A stretch of 41,923 nucleotides of DNA from IMG/VR virus record IMGVR_UViG_2630968543_000002. One strand, 5' to 3'. A model generated the notes under the pieces. That model searched no databases. It saw only the letters and a program-made list of their open reading frames with translations, and was not told the DNA's origin. The translations under genes were made by a program, and so were the position numbers. The DNA is from a virus (taxonomy: Duplodnaviria > Heunggongvirae > Uroviricota > Caudoviricetes). Shown one piece after another: positions 8,383 to 16,378 of the stretch (position 1 is its first letter; the number at the start of each line of letters is the position of its first letter).

Positions 8383-8730
8383 ATGAGAAAACAGATACAG
8401 GCTCTTGGTCGACTCAAAACAGGCCAGATGAACAAAACAGAATCTGCGTATTGCCAGCACCTTGAGATGCGTAAACGTGCAGGAGAAATCGTCTGGTATC
8501 GATTTGAGGGTATCAAGCTGCGGTTAGCTGACAACACGTTCTATACGCCCGATTTTGCTGTGATGCTCGCCACCGGCGAGATGGAGCTGCACGAAGTGAA
8601 AGGGGGATTCTGGACCGACGACGCCAGGGTGAAAACCAAAGTCGCCGCAGATCAGTATCCGTTCCGAATCATCGGGGTAACGGTTAAACCAAAGAAAGCA
8701 GGTGGTGGCTGGAACATCGAAGAGTTCTGA
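8383..8730 (+). CDS. PD-(D/E)XK nuclease-like protein (resembles DUF1064)
   Basis: 115-aa ORF with putative PD...E.K motif (YTPDFAVM...ELHEVKGG). Confidence 0.6.
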   Translation: MRKQIQALGRLKTGQMNKTESAYCQHLEMRKRAGEIVWYRFEGIKLRLADNTFYTPDFAVMLATGEMELHEVKGGFWTDDARVKTKVAADQYPFRIIGVTVKPKKAGGGWNIEEF

Positions 8731-8791
8731 ATCGACGATCTTTTTAGTTATCAATGTAATCAATAAGTTATGTGGATAAGCGAGGGTAAAG

Positions 8792-9424
8792 ATGGAAAGT
8801 AATATCAAAGGGTTAGTTGCCGCCGGGCATGAGATGGCTTCGGAACTGAAAGCAGAATGTGGTGCCGTTGATATGCGCAGTGTGGCAAAGCTGCTCAGCG
8901 ATTTGGCAACGCAACTGGAAGTGCAACTGGTGCGTGCTAATGTGCTGGCCGAAGACCAGCAGAAAGCGATTGAGTCAATTAAGCAGGCTGATTCGGCTGT
9001 TAAGTTGGCACACGAGAAGTTTTCGGCGCTGGCGGCGGAGAATGCGGGGCTGAAACATGCAATGGCTGTAACTCTTGAGCATGTGTCGGTCACGGATGCA
9101 GGGCAGGCCGGAGTTGCTGCAATGATTATCAACGATGCCCTGCACCACAGCGAAACTCCAGCCACCGATGCTTTTCTGGCTGAAATTCGTGCGGAGGCTC
9201 GCAACGAGGGGATTAACTATACCGCAAGCCGTCTTGCTGCTGCTTTCAACCACGGATTTATCAATAAGTCTTTACGTGAAGTTTTCGACGTTACACGCAT
9301 GATTCTGTCAGCGAAAGAAGAGTTGGCTAATGAACCGCACCCGATTGATGGCCTGTCCGGTGAATATGCGGAGAAATCCCTTGAAGAATGGGCGGAACAG
9401 ATTCGCAAAGGAGCTGACAAGTGA
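8792..9424 (+). CDS. Coiled-coil protein, paralogue A (possibly Ead/Ea22-like; unverified)
   Basis: 210-aa ORF; C-terminal about 90 aa (TPATDAFLAEIRAEARNEGINYTA...EEWAEQIRKGADK) paralogous to the C-terminus of 9840..10640; GAGGG Shine-Dalgarno. Confidence 0.6.
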   Translation: MESNIKGLVAAGHEMASELKAECGAVDMRSVAKLLSDLATQLEVQLVRANVLAEDQQKAIESIKQADSAVKLAHEKFSALAAENAGLKHAMAVTLEHVSVTDAGQAGVAAMIINDALHHSETPATDAFLAEIRAEARNEGINYTASRLAAAFNHGFINKSLREVFDVTRMILSAKEELANEPHPIDGLSGEYAEKSLEEWAEQIRKGADK

Positions 9425-9831
9425 AGAAGATGATTTTTGTCGCGGCATTGTTGGTGAATATCCAACAAGTGCATGCTTCAGCAGCTATTGTAGCCTCTAC
9501 CGCCGCGACTACGGCTGCTGTAGCTGCTGCGAACTCTGCGAATATCGCAAACCAACAGGCACAGCGTGCTGCTAATGCATCAGCCAGCGTTCACTCAATC
9601 ACCATTAAGAGCAGTAAGCAAAATCTGGGATTCATAACGTGCGGCACGCGTTCTAATGAAGCTGTAGGTTCACTTGGATGTACGGTATATGGGGGTAGTG
9701 AGAATAGAGAAATTCCATGGAAAACGTGGCCCGGATACGTTCTTGGCTCGAAGCTCCCGGCCAGTTATGAAGTAAACGCCGTATCGTTTGATCACTATAA
9801 CGGCGTGGCAACGGTCTATTTTGCATATTGA
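9421..9831 (+). CDS. Secreted/periplasmic protein of unknown function (N-terminal signal peptide)
   Basis: GTG start overlapping the upstream stop (GTGA); MKKMIFVAALLVNIQQVHA signal-like N-terminus, then an Ala/Asn/Gln-rich segment. Confidence 0.6.
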   Translation: MKKMIFVAALLVNIQQVHASAAIVASTAATTAAVAAANSANIANQQAQRAANASASVHSITIKSSKQNLGFITCGTRSNEAVGSLGCTVYGGSENREIPWKTWPGYVLGSKLPASYEVNAVSFDHYNGVATVYFAY

Positions 9832-9839
9832 GGCTCCGC

Positions 9840-10640
9840 ATGAAATTCTCCAAATTTTCTGAGTTGGTGAATCGTATTTTGTTGAATCGTATTTTGTCCA
9901 ACAACCACAGCCATCGTCGCGATATGGATGTAACGATCGTTGTTCATTCGCCTGGCAGCATTGGTTCAACACCCTCAGTTGAGGTTCAGTCAATTCACGC
10001 TGGTTTTGATTGGGATTCCGGGAAAGTGCTGATTTTCCCAGCACAGCCACTGACCACGCTAACACCAGAACAGATTACTGATATTACTGATAGTGTGCGC
10101 AAAGGTCAGTCCTGGCACGCATATCAGGAATACAAGAAGCATCAAGAGCAGTTGGAAAAATTATCGATTGAACTTGATACCGCAAAACAGCGCATTGCAG
10201 AGCTGGAGGGTAATCGCGCGGCGCTGGCTGCGGAGAATGCGAGACTGAAGGCGATATGTGAGGATCGCCGCACGTTCATTATGAATGGCGTGCAGCTTGG
10301 TTTTATCAAGGTGCCAACAGTGGAAATAGATCCAGCTCTTGAAACAATTCGTATCGCCCTATCACCACAAAAAACCACTCCTGCGACCGACACTTTCCTG
10401 GATGAAGTGAAGACTGAAGCACGCAAGGAGGGCGCTTACTTTGTGGCGAATAGAATGCTGGCTGCCTGGGAAGCTGGTTTTATTGATGATACTGCGAAGA
10501 ACGCCGCGGATATTGCCCGGATGATTCTTACCTCTACTGAGTTTATGGCTAATGCGCGGGAAGGCGATTTTGACCGCTCATTCTCTGATGGTGTTCTCGA
10601 AGATATCGCTGAACAGCTTCGCAAAGGAGGCAGCCAGTGA
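9840..10640 (+). CDS. Coiled-coil protein, paralogue B (possibly Ead/Ea22-like; unverified)
   Basis: ATG at 9840 with GAGG upstream; C-terminus TPATDTFLDEVKTEARKEGAYFVA...EDIAEQLRKGGSQ aligns with paralogue A; shared ALAAENA(G/R)LK coiled-coil segment. Confidence 0.6.
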   Translation: MKFSKFSELVNRILLNRILSNNHSHRRDMDVTIVVHSPGSIGSTPSVEVQSIHAGFDWDSGKVLIFPAQPLTTLTPEQITDITDSVRKGQSWHAYQEYKKHQEQLEKLSIELDTAKQRIAELEGNRAALAAENARLKAICEDRRTFIMNGVQLGFIKVPTVEIDPALETIRIALSPQKTTPATDTFLDEVKTEARKEGAYFVANRMLAAWEAGFIDDTAKNAADIARMILTSTEFMANAREGDFDRSFSDGVLEDIAEQLRKGGSQ

Positions 10641-11140
10641 GCGAGCTTTACTATCAGACGTTACGTGAACGTTTTTCACCGAAACCAGCGCCTAAATGCT
10701 CTGTTTGTGGCGAGGAAATGTCAATACAGCGCATATCTGGAGCACATGTTGTTTATGCCTGTTCCGGTGAGGGTGATGACGGATATTTTAAGATAGGGCG
10801 TACTTTTGCAGACGAACATTATGAAAAATCACGCGTAACAGTAGTTGATGATAGTGATCCCGATGTGATTGCACTACTGGACGAACTGGAGGCAGCAAAA
10901 TCAAAACTCAACGAGCAGCGCGAGTATTACGAGGGAGTTATCTCTGATGGGTGCAAGCGTATTGCTGAACTGGAAGCGCGGGAAGTTCAATTACCGACTC
11001 GCTACGACCTTCGATATGGACACCCGATAAATGCAGATGAGCGACAAGTCATGATACCTAAAGAAAATGGCAGTTGGCTTTACCTGATTGACCTAGAACA
11101 CGCATTACGCGTCGCTGACATTCGCATCAAAGGAGAGTGA
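10637..11140 (+). CDS. Hypothetical protein with N-terminal Cys cluster (CSVCGEE...YAC)
   Basis: GTG start with AGGAGG upstream and GTGA overlap with the preceding stop. Confidence 0.55.
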   Translation: MSELYYQTLRERFSPKPAPKCSVCGEEMSIQRISGAHVVYACSGEGDDGYFKIGRTFADEHYEKSRVTVVDDSDPDVIALLDELEAAKSKLNEQREYYEGVISDGCKRIAELEAREVQLPTRYDLRYGHPINADERQVMIPKENGSWLYLIDLEHALRVADIRIKGE

Positions 11141-11141
11141 T

Positions 11142-11405
11142 ATGGCAACTTTGACAAAAAAAGAACAAGCATGGTTGAGCGAATTACAGGACGTTCTTGA
11201 TCGCTGCCCATCACCGAAAAAAATTGGTTTTTACACCATTGGCGATAAAAGCATTTACCTGTATGACCTGCGCCGCATGGATGAAATCATGGAGGCTCTT
11301 GATAATCGTTCGTCAATGGATTGGTGTGTTGCTGTTCATGATATGAATGCCGGATTTGATGAAAAGATTTTATTCCCCTCATCAGTTGAAAGTACAGCAG
11401 GATAA
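11142..11405 (+). CDS. Hypothetical protein (87 aa)
   Basis: ORF starts 1 nt after the upstream stop. Confidence 0.5.
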   Translation: MATLTKKEQAWLSELQDVLDRCPSPKKIGFYTIGDKSIYLYDLRRMDEIMEALDNRSSMDWCVAVHDMNAGFDEKILFPSSVESTAG

Positions 11406-11415
11406 GGACTAACAC

Positions 11416-12153
11416 ATGACCACTATTACCAAAGAGCGACTGCTGACAATCAGGCAGTGGCGCGAAACATACGGACCTGGTAGCAACGTTGTACTGCCAG
11501 CAGAAGAAGCGGAAGAACTGGCACGAATTGCTCTGGCATCGCTGGAAGCAGAGCCGATAGGTTTCCGTTGCAGGCGCAATGATAACCTTGGTGATTGGAG
11601 TTACGTATATCATCGAGAGCCAGATGATTTTGAGCGCAAACATTTAGTGATAGAGGGCATTTACGCCGCCCCTCCAGCACCGGTAGTGCCTGAAGAAGCA
11701 ACTCCGGAAAACGTAGAAATGCTCTCTGGCTATGTTTCAACGTACAAATTAACCGATAGCGAGCGCGATATTGCTGCCGAAATATGGAACGCCTGCCGCG
11801 CCGCCATGCTTCAGTCCGGAAACTTTCGGGAAAATAAGGATTCGTCAACCAATAATTTTCGGGAAACCTCGGAAACGTCAACCAACTCTCCGGTAACTCC
11901 GGATGGTTGGGTTATGGTGCCGAAGAAACTAACCGCTGAGAACGGCGCTAAGGGTGTGCTATCCGGTGAATTTTCAGAAACTACGTTTATAAGCTGCCCG
12001 GAATGCTTTGGCGATGATGATTGCGATACCTGTGACGGGAGCGGACGAATTGAAATTAAAGTACCAGTCACGTGGACGACCATAAAATCCATCTGGGATA
12101 AAGGTATTGCGCATTTTGCAGCAAAACCGCCGCAGGAGGTTAACCGTGGCTAA
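11416..12153 (+). CDS. Hypothetical protein with C-terminal zinc-finger-like motif (CPECFGDDDCDTCDGSG) and short internal repeats
   Basis: 245-aa ORF; GGA Shine-Dalgarno-like sequence upstream. Confidence 0.55.
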   Translation: MTTITKERLLTIRQWRETYGPGSNVVLPAEEAEELARIALASLEAEPIGFRCRRNDNLGDWSYVYHREPDDFERKHLVIEGIYAAPPAPVVPEEATPENVEMLSGYVSTYKLTDSERDIAAEIWNACRAAMLQSGNFRENKDSSTNNFRETSETSTNSPVTPDGWVMVPKKLTAENGAKGVLSGEFSETTFISCPECFGDDDCDTCDGSGRIEIKVPVTWTTIKSIWDKGIAHFAAKPPQEVNRG

Positions 12154-12427
12154 CCTGCAACTTGCCGTCAAAGGTGAATACTTCGATGCCATGATTCGCG
12201 GAGAGAAAACGGAAGAGTATCGCCTGTGTAATGACTACTGGAATAAGCGCCTCGTTAACCGTAAGTATGACCGCCTGATTATCACAAAGGGATATCCGAA
12301 GCGCGAAGACTTCAGTCGCAGAATTGACGTCCCGTATAACGGATATGAAATAAAAACAATCACACATCCACACTTCGGTGATAAACCGGTAAAGGTGTTC
12401 GCGATAAAGGTAAATATTGATGGCTAA
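12146..12427 (+). CDS. ASCH/PUA-like domain protein (resembles DUF3850)
   Basis: GTG start with AGGAGG 6 nt upstream; N-terminus LQLAVKGEYFDAMIRGEKTEEYR matches the ASCH-type pattern. Confidence 0.55.
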   Translation: MANLQLAVKGEYFDAMIRGEKTEEYRLCNDYWNKRLVNRKYDRLIITKGYPKREDFSRRIDVPYNGYEIKTITHPHFGDKPVKVFAIKVNIDG

Positions 12428-12758
12428 ATCAGCAGCAGAGCGCAAAGCCGCTCAGAGAGCCAGACAAGCTGCATCTGGTGTGCGTAAGCTGGAGATTGTG
12501 CTTGATGCTCAGGAAATTGAAATGCTTGAGCGTAACTGTGCCGCGCGTCGCCCCGGGCGTGCGCCTTACGAATTTGGTGAGTATATAGCGTTACTGATCC
12601 GCCAAGATGATGCACGCGTGCACGGGCGTATAAAATCGATCAGCAGAAAACGTTGCGGTAAGTGCGGCGAGAGAGTTCCTGTGAATTCATGCCCGTGTAA
12701 TGGTGACTCGCAATGCTGGGTGACTAAAGGCTGGCATGAAACGAAATTAATAGTGTGA
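12420..12758 (+). CDS. Hypothetical protein with C-terminal Cys cluster (CGKCGERVPVNSCPCNGDSQC); last gene before the late operon, possible late-gene regulator (inference)
   Basis: 112-aa ORF; its stop codon lies inside the GTGACATGTCAC palindrome. Confidence 0.5.
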   Translation: MAKSAAERKAAQRARQAASGVRKLEIVLDAQEIEMLERNCAARRPGRAPYEFGEYIALLIRQDDARVHGRIKSISRKRCGKCGERVPVNSCPCNGDSQCWVTKGWHETKLIV

Positions 12759-12766
12759 CATGTCAC
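12755..12766. repeat. Perfect 12-bp palindrome GTGACATGTCAC, copy 1 of 3
   Basis: Direct reading. Confidence 0.7.
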
Positions 12767-12807
12767 GAGTAGATTATGCATGATGAATTTGATGGGTTTT
12801 GAATACT

Positions 12808-12834
12808 GCCGCCAACTATGGCGGCTTTATTTTG
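12808..12834 (+). terminator. Rho-independent terminator between the early-right genes and the late operon
   Basis: GCCGCCA-ACTA-TGGCGGC hairpin followed by TTTATTTTG. Confidence 0.55.
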
Positions 12835-12844
12835 CATGGTACTA

Positions 12845-12877
12845 TTACCACAACGGTAACAATTACCAGGGTGGTTA
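12845..12877. promoter_or_regulatory. Late-operon control region: perfect site TTACC-ACAAC-GGTAA (12845..12859) preceded by TACTAT, plus degenerate site TTACC-AGGGT-GGTTA (12863..12877) ending 2 nt before the terS start
   Basis: Direct reading. Confidence 0.55.
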
Positions 12878-12879
12878 TA

Positions 12880-13473
12880 ATGCCTGCTGAACCTAAAACC
12901 TATAAACGCAAATCAACGCAATTTAAGCCGCTCACAGCAATGCAGGAGGCTTATTGCCAGTCATACATCAAAACGCCTGAAAACCAGACTCAGGCTGCGA
13001 TTAACGCAGGATTCTCCCCAAATACAGCGGCAGTTAAAGCCAGTGTTATGATGCGCGATGAACGCATTCAAAAACGGATTGCCGAGTTGATGGAGGAGCG
13101 CAACAAACGAATGCGCGTCAGTGCTGATTACGTTCTCATGCGCCTGGTGGAGATCGACCAGATGGACGTGATCGATATCCTCAACGACGATGGGAGCCTT
13201 AAACCAATCCGTGAGTGGCCGAAAATCTGGCGCACTACGCTTAGCGGCTTTGATCTGTCATCGACCATCATGAACATGAACGAGGACTCGATAGAGACAA
13301 TCCTCAAAAAAATTAAATGGCCTGACAAGGTGAAGAACCTAGAACTGATTGGTAAGCACGTCGACGTCAACGCATTCAAAGAACGCCTGGATGTTAATGT
13401 GAATGTGACAATTGCTGATCGCATAGCGGCAGCCAGGAAGCGACTCAAAGAACGTCAGGATGGTAATCAGTGA
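12880..13473 (+). CDS. terS: Terminase small subunit
   Basis: Position directly upstream of and overlapping the large terminase (GTGA); basic HTH-like N-terminus; ORF opens at 12799 but a terminator and operators occupy 12808..12877, so ATG 12880 is preferred. Confidence 0.65.
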   Translation: MPAEPKTYKRKSTQFKPLTAMQEAYCQSYIKTPENQTQAAINAGFSPNTAAVKASVMMRDERIQKRIAELMEERNKRMRVSADYVLMRLVEIDQMDVIDILNDDGSLKPIREWPKIWRTTLSGFDLSSTIMNMNEDSIETILKKIKWPDKVKNLELIGKHVDVNAFKERLDVNVNVTIADRIAAARKRLKERQDGNQ

Positions 13474-14945
13474 CAGATGCAGCGTTATCTCCTGAAGAGC
13501 AGTTAATCGAAGATATTGCAGGGTTCACTAACGATCCGCTTGGCTATGCCCTCTATGCGTTCCCTTGGGGGGAAGAGGGGACTGAACTGGCACATGCTAC
13601 CGGTCCACGTCAGTGGCAGGCCGATGCGTTCCGAGAGATACGTGATCACCTGCAGAATCCAGAGACGCGTTATCAGCCGCTTATGCTGGCACGTGCTTCT
13701 GGTCACGGTATTGGTAAATCCGCATTCATCTCAATGCTCATCAACTGGGGCATGTCCACTTGCGAGGATTGTAAGGTCGTGGTGACCGCCAACACCGACA
13801 ACCAGCTACGAACGAAGACCTGGCCGGAAATTATCAAGTGGTCGAACCTTGCTATCACGAAAGACTGGTTTACCTGTACCGCTACCGCGATGTACAGCAA
13901 TGACCCTGGGCACGACAAGCGGTGGCGGGCTGACGCAATACCCTGGTCTGAGCACAACACTGAGGCATTCGCCGGACTACACAACGAGCGCAAACGCATC
14001 ATCGTGGTATTCGATGAAGCGTCGAACATTGCGGATCTGGTGTGGGAAGTTGCTGAGGGTGCGCTTACGGACGAAGACACTGAGATTATCTGGGTGGCGT
14101 TCGGGAACCCGACGCGTAACACCGGGCGTTTCCGTGAATGTTTCCGCAAGTACAAACACCGCTGGAAGTGTGCGCAGATTGACAGCCGGACGGTGGAAGG
14201 CACTAACAAACAGCAGTTGCAGAAATGGGTTGATGACTACGGGGAAGACAGCGACTTCGTTAAAATCCGTGTGCGCGGCATATTCCCTGATGCATCTGAA
14301 TTGCAGTTTATCCCTACCGGTCTTACTGACGAGGCAATGAAACGGGTGGTAACCGCTGCGCAGGTTGCACATGCTCCGGTGATAATCGGCGTTGACCCGG
14401 CGTACTCCGGCGTTGATGACGCTGTGATATACCTGCGGCAGGGGCTGCACAGTAAGGTGCTATGGACTGGAAACAAGACCACTGACGATCTGATTATGGC
14501 GAAGCGTATCGCTGACTTTGAAGACCAGTACCAGGCTGACGCAGTGTTCATCGACTTCGGTTACGGAACTGGTCTGAAGTCAATCGGTGACGGCTGGGGT
14601 CGTACATGGCAACTTGTTCCGTTCGGTGGCGCGTCTACTGACCCGCAGATGCTCAATAAGCGCGGGGAGATGTTCAACTCATGCAAGACGTGGCTGAGGC
14701 TGGGCGGCATGCTTGATGACCAGGAAACAGCAGACGACCTGTCGGCGGCAGAGTACAAAGTTCGAGTGGACGGTAAAATCGTTATCGAACCGAAGGAAGA
14801 TATCAAGGAGCGGCTTGGGCGTTCTCCTGGTAAAGGCGATGCGCTACTGCTGACGTTTGCGTTCCCTGTGTCGAAGCGTCTGCGAATTCCCGGGCAGCAG
14901 AACCAGCAAGGCAAGGCCATCACAGATTACGATCCCTATGCTTAA
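13470..14945 (+). CDS. terL: Terminase large subunit (ATPase and nuclease)
   Basis: 491-aa ORF; Walker A-like GHGIGKSA, acidic motifs (IIVVFDEASN, IIGVDPA) typical of TerL. Confidence 0.9.
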   Translation: MTDAALSPEEQLIEDIAGFTNDPLGYALYAFPWGEEGTELAHATGPRQWQADAFREIRDHLQNPETRYQPLMLARASGHGIGKSAFISMLINWGMSTCEDCKVVVTANTDNQLRTKTWPEIIKWSNLAITKDWFTCTATAMYSNDPGHDKRWRADAIPWSEHNTEAFAGLHNERKRIIVVFDEASNIADLVWEVAEGALTDEDTEIIWVAFGNPTRNTGRFRECFRKYKHRWKCAQIDSRTVEGTNKQQLQKWVDDYGEDSDFVKIRVRGIFPDASELQFIPTGLTDEAMKRVVTAAQVAHAPVIIGVDPAYSGVDDAVIYLRQGLHSKVLWTGNKTTDDLIMAKRIADFEDQYQADAVFIDFGYGTGLKSIGDGWGRTWQLVPFGGASTDPQMLNKRGEMFNSCKTWLRLGGMLDDQETADDLSAAEYKVRVDGKIVIEPKEDIKERLGRSPGKGDALLLTFAFPVSKRLRIPGQQNQQGKAITDYDPYA

Positions 14946-15019
14946 TCCGCTGGTGGGGATAATGTCGTTGATATCCTCTGATGAGGATAAAACAAAGCCA
15001 GCTCATCGGCTGGCTGTTT

Positions 15020-15031
15020 GTGACATGTCAC
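15020..15031. repeat. Perfect 12-bp palindrome GTGACATGTCAC, copy 2 of 3
   Basis: Direct reading; lies between convergent terL and the minus-strand ORF. Confidence 0.7.
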
Positions 15032-15035
15032 GGTG

Positions 15036-15455
15036 TTACTTAATGGCATTAAATCCAGCGTTGATGGCTTCCGCAATATTGATGGCTCTTGTTTTATCGA
15101 AGTGCCCATTCTGAATAAGCGTCGCATGCAGGCATTGTAACTTCATGTTGTATAAGTGTTCGCTCATGTAATCATGATCACTTTTTGCTTTAGCGTAAAC
15201 AGCGCGAGAAATATCAAACATATCGCCTTTTTCCATTTCAGAACGTTGTGCTGTTATCCAGTCATGGAACGTAACGCTAGTACCATGGTCTTCGCTAAGA
15301 GTTAACCCGGCCAGTCCCTCACTCTGAATTACTTCGTAATGCATTTCATTACCAGCAAAAACGCCATAAAAAACGCAGTCTTCAGCTTGAACGATACGAG
15401 AATATTTTAATGGCCATTCATTTAGATACTTAGCCAACATATCAATTGTTTTCAT
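15036..15455 (-). CDS. Hypothetical protein (139 aa) of unknown function, encoded opposite to the structural genes (moron-like)
   Basis: ORF with AAGGTGA Shine-Dalgarno 5 nt upstream; on the same strand and downstream of the phage tRNA; no recognisable motifs. Confidence 0.6.
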   Translation of the reverse strand: MKTIDMLAKYLNEWPLKYSRIVQAEDCVFYGVFAGNEMHYEVIQSEGLAGLTLSEDHGTSVTFHDWITAQRSEMEKGDMFDISRAVYAKAKSDHDYMSEHLYNMKLQCLHATLIQNGHFDKTRAINIAEAINAGFNAIK

Positions 15456-15466
15456 GATCTCACCTT

Positions 15467-15490
15467 AAAAAAATGCCCGGCGAACCGGGC
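15467..15490 (-). terminator. Rho-independent terminator between the tRNA and the minus-strand ORF
   Basis: GCCCGG-CGAA-CCGGGC hairpin followed on the minus strand by seven U (plus A-run 15467..15473). Confidence 0.6.
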
Positions 15491-15653
15491 GAACTGGAAG
15501 CAATGAGTTATGCCTTCCGTGGCTGTACGGGTTTACAGCATGAAGTCATCGCAATGGCGTCCTGCTGTAAAAAGGGCGGTGATAGTCCTTCAAGGGAAAC
15601 CATCACCGCCAAGCACCTGGAACTTCTGGCATCACGGTCCTTAGGCGTGATTC

Positions 15654-15730
15654 TGGCGCGGCATGCAGGATTCGAACCTGCGACCAACCGCTTAGAAGGC
15701 GGTTGCTCTGTCCAACTGAGCTAATGCCAC
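15654..15730 (-). tRNA. tRNA-Arg (anticodon UCU), phage-encoded, 77 nt with encoded CCA
   Basis: Manual fold: acceptor GUGGCAU/AUGCCGC, D-arm GCUC-AGUUGGACA-GAGC, anticodon stem ACCGC/GCGGU with loop CUUCUAA, T-arm GCAGG-UUCGAAU-CCUGC; close to, but distinct from, E. coli argU as recalled. Confidence 0.85.
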
Positions 15731-16052
15731 AACGCTGAGAGCACTTAGCCTGTTAAGGCGCCACACTTTGTCGCGGCTCCATAAATGCTCTCATCGTTGT
15801 ACCCTCGTCTCTTCCGAGGTGTCACACCGAATCGCCGGGATGGTGAATCCCCGTGCGCGGAATAAAACCGCTCGACTTGCACATTCCGGCTACCTGGTTC
15901 GTTTGCCCGAGCAAGGGAGGGTGCCCCTTAAACGTATCCAGACCGCTATCGGCGCATGTGCCATACGCCGTACTGCTCAAAATAAAAGCTCACCCCACCT
16001 GTTCAATTTAACGACAAGCCAGTCAGATTAGTAACTGGAGTGAATTCTTTGA

Positions 16053-16067
16053 TTACCTGAAAGGTAA
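16053..16067. promoter_or_regulatory. Perfect operator palindrome ATTACC-TGAAA-GGTAAT upstream of the portal operon; TATGTGGTT motif 44 bp downstream (16111..16119)
   Basis: Direct reading. Confidence 0.55.
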
Positions 16068-16157
16068 TAATTCGCGCATTAAATGTCAACTGTCTACGAT
16101 AAATAAATCATATGTGGTTAAATTGGTAATAATTTAATTGCGTACGGAGTCATTGAT

Positions 16158-16364
16158 ATGTGCATGGGTAGCTCACCATCAGTGCCTGCAACACCAGAAG
16201 TTCAGGCAGCACCACAGGAGCAGGATGCCGCCGTTGTTGATGCCCGCGACGAAGAAACTCGTCGCCGTCGCGCTGCTGCTGGTCGTAGTTCTACGCTGCT
16301 TACCGGTTCTCAGGGCGACACATCAACCGCTAATACCAGCGGTAAAACGCTGCTTGGTCAGTAA
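16158..16364 (+). CDS. Small hypothetical protein (68 aa, low complexity) upstream of portal
   Basis: Preceded by GGAGTCATTGA, the same 11-nt initiation region that precedes the portal start (16367..16377). Confidence 0.4.
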   Translation: MCMGSSPSVPATPEVQAAPQEQDAAVVDARDEETRRRRAAAGRSSTLLTGSQGDTSTANTSGKTLLGQ

Positions 16365-16378
16365 CCGGAGTCATTGAA

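Noticed and set aside
8524-9204. 226-aa minus-strand ORF overlapping the paralogue A gene
   Set aside because: Antisense to a plus-strand gene with clear paralogue support; Ala/Ser-rich low-complexity translation is an antisense artefact.
13503-14551. Several 100-170 aa ORFs on both strands inside the large terminase gene
   Set aside because: All embedded in the terL frame, which has strong motif support; no independent start signals.
15654-15730. Possibility that the tRNA-Arg is the host argU integration target
   Set aside because: It lies in the middle of the prophage between terminase and portal, far from the integrase, and its acceptor stem differs from E. coli argU as I recall it; treated as phage-encoded.
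15768-16031. 87-aa plus-strand ORF in the non-coding region next to the tRNA
   Set aside because: No Shine-Dalgarno and Arg/Ala-rich low-complexity translation; the region is more likely regulatory or RNA-coding.
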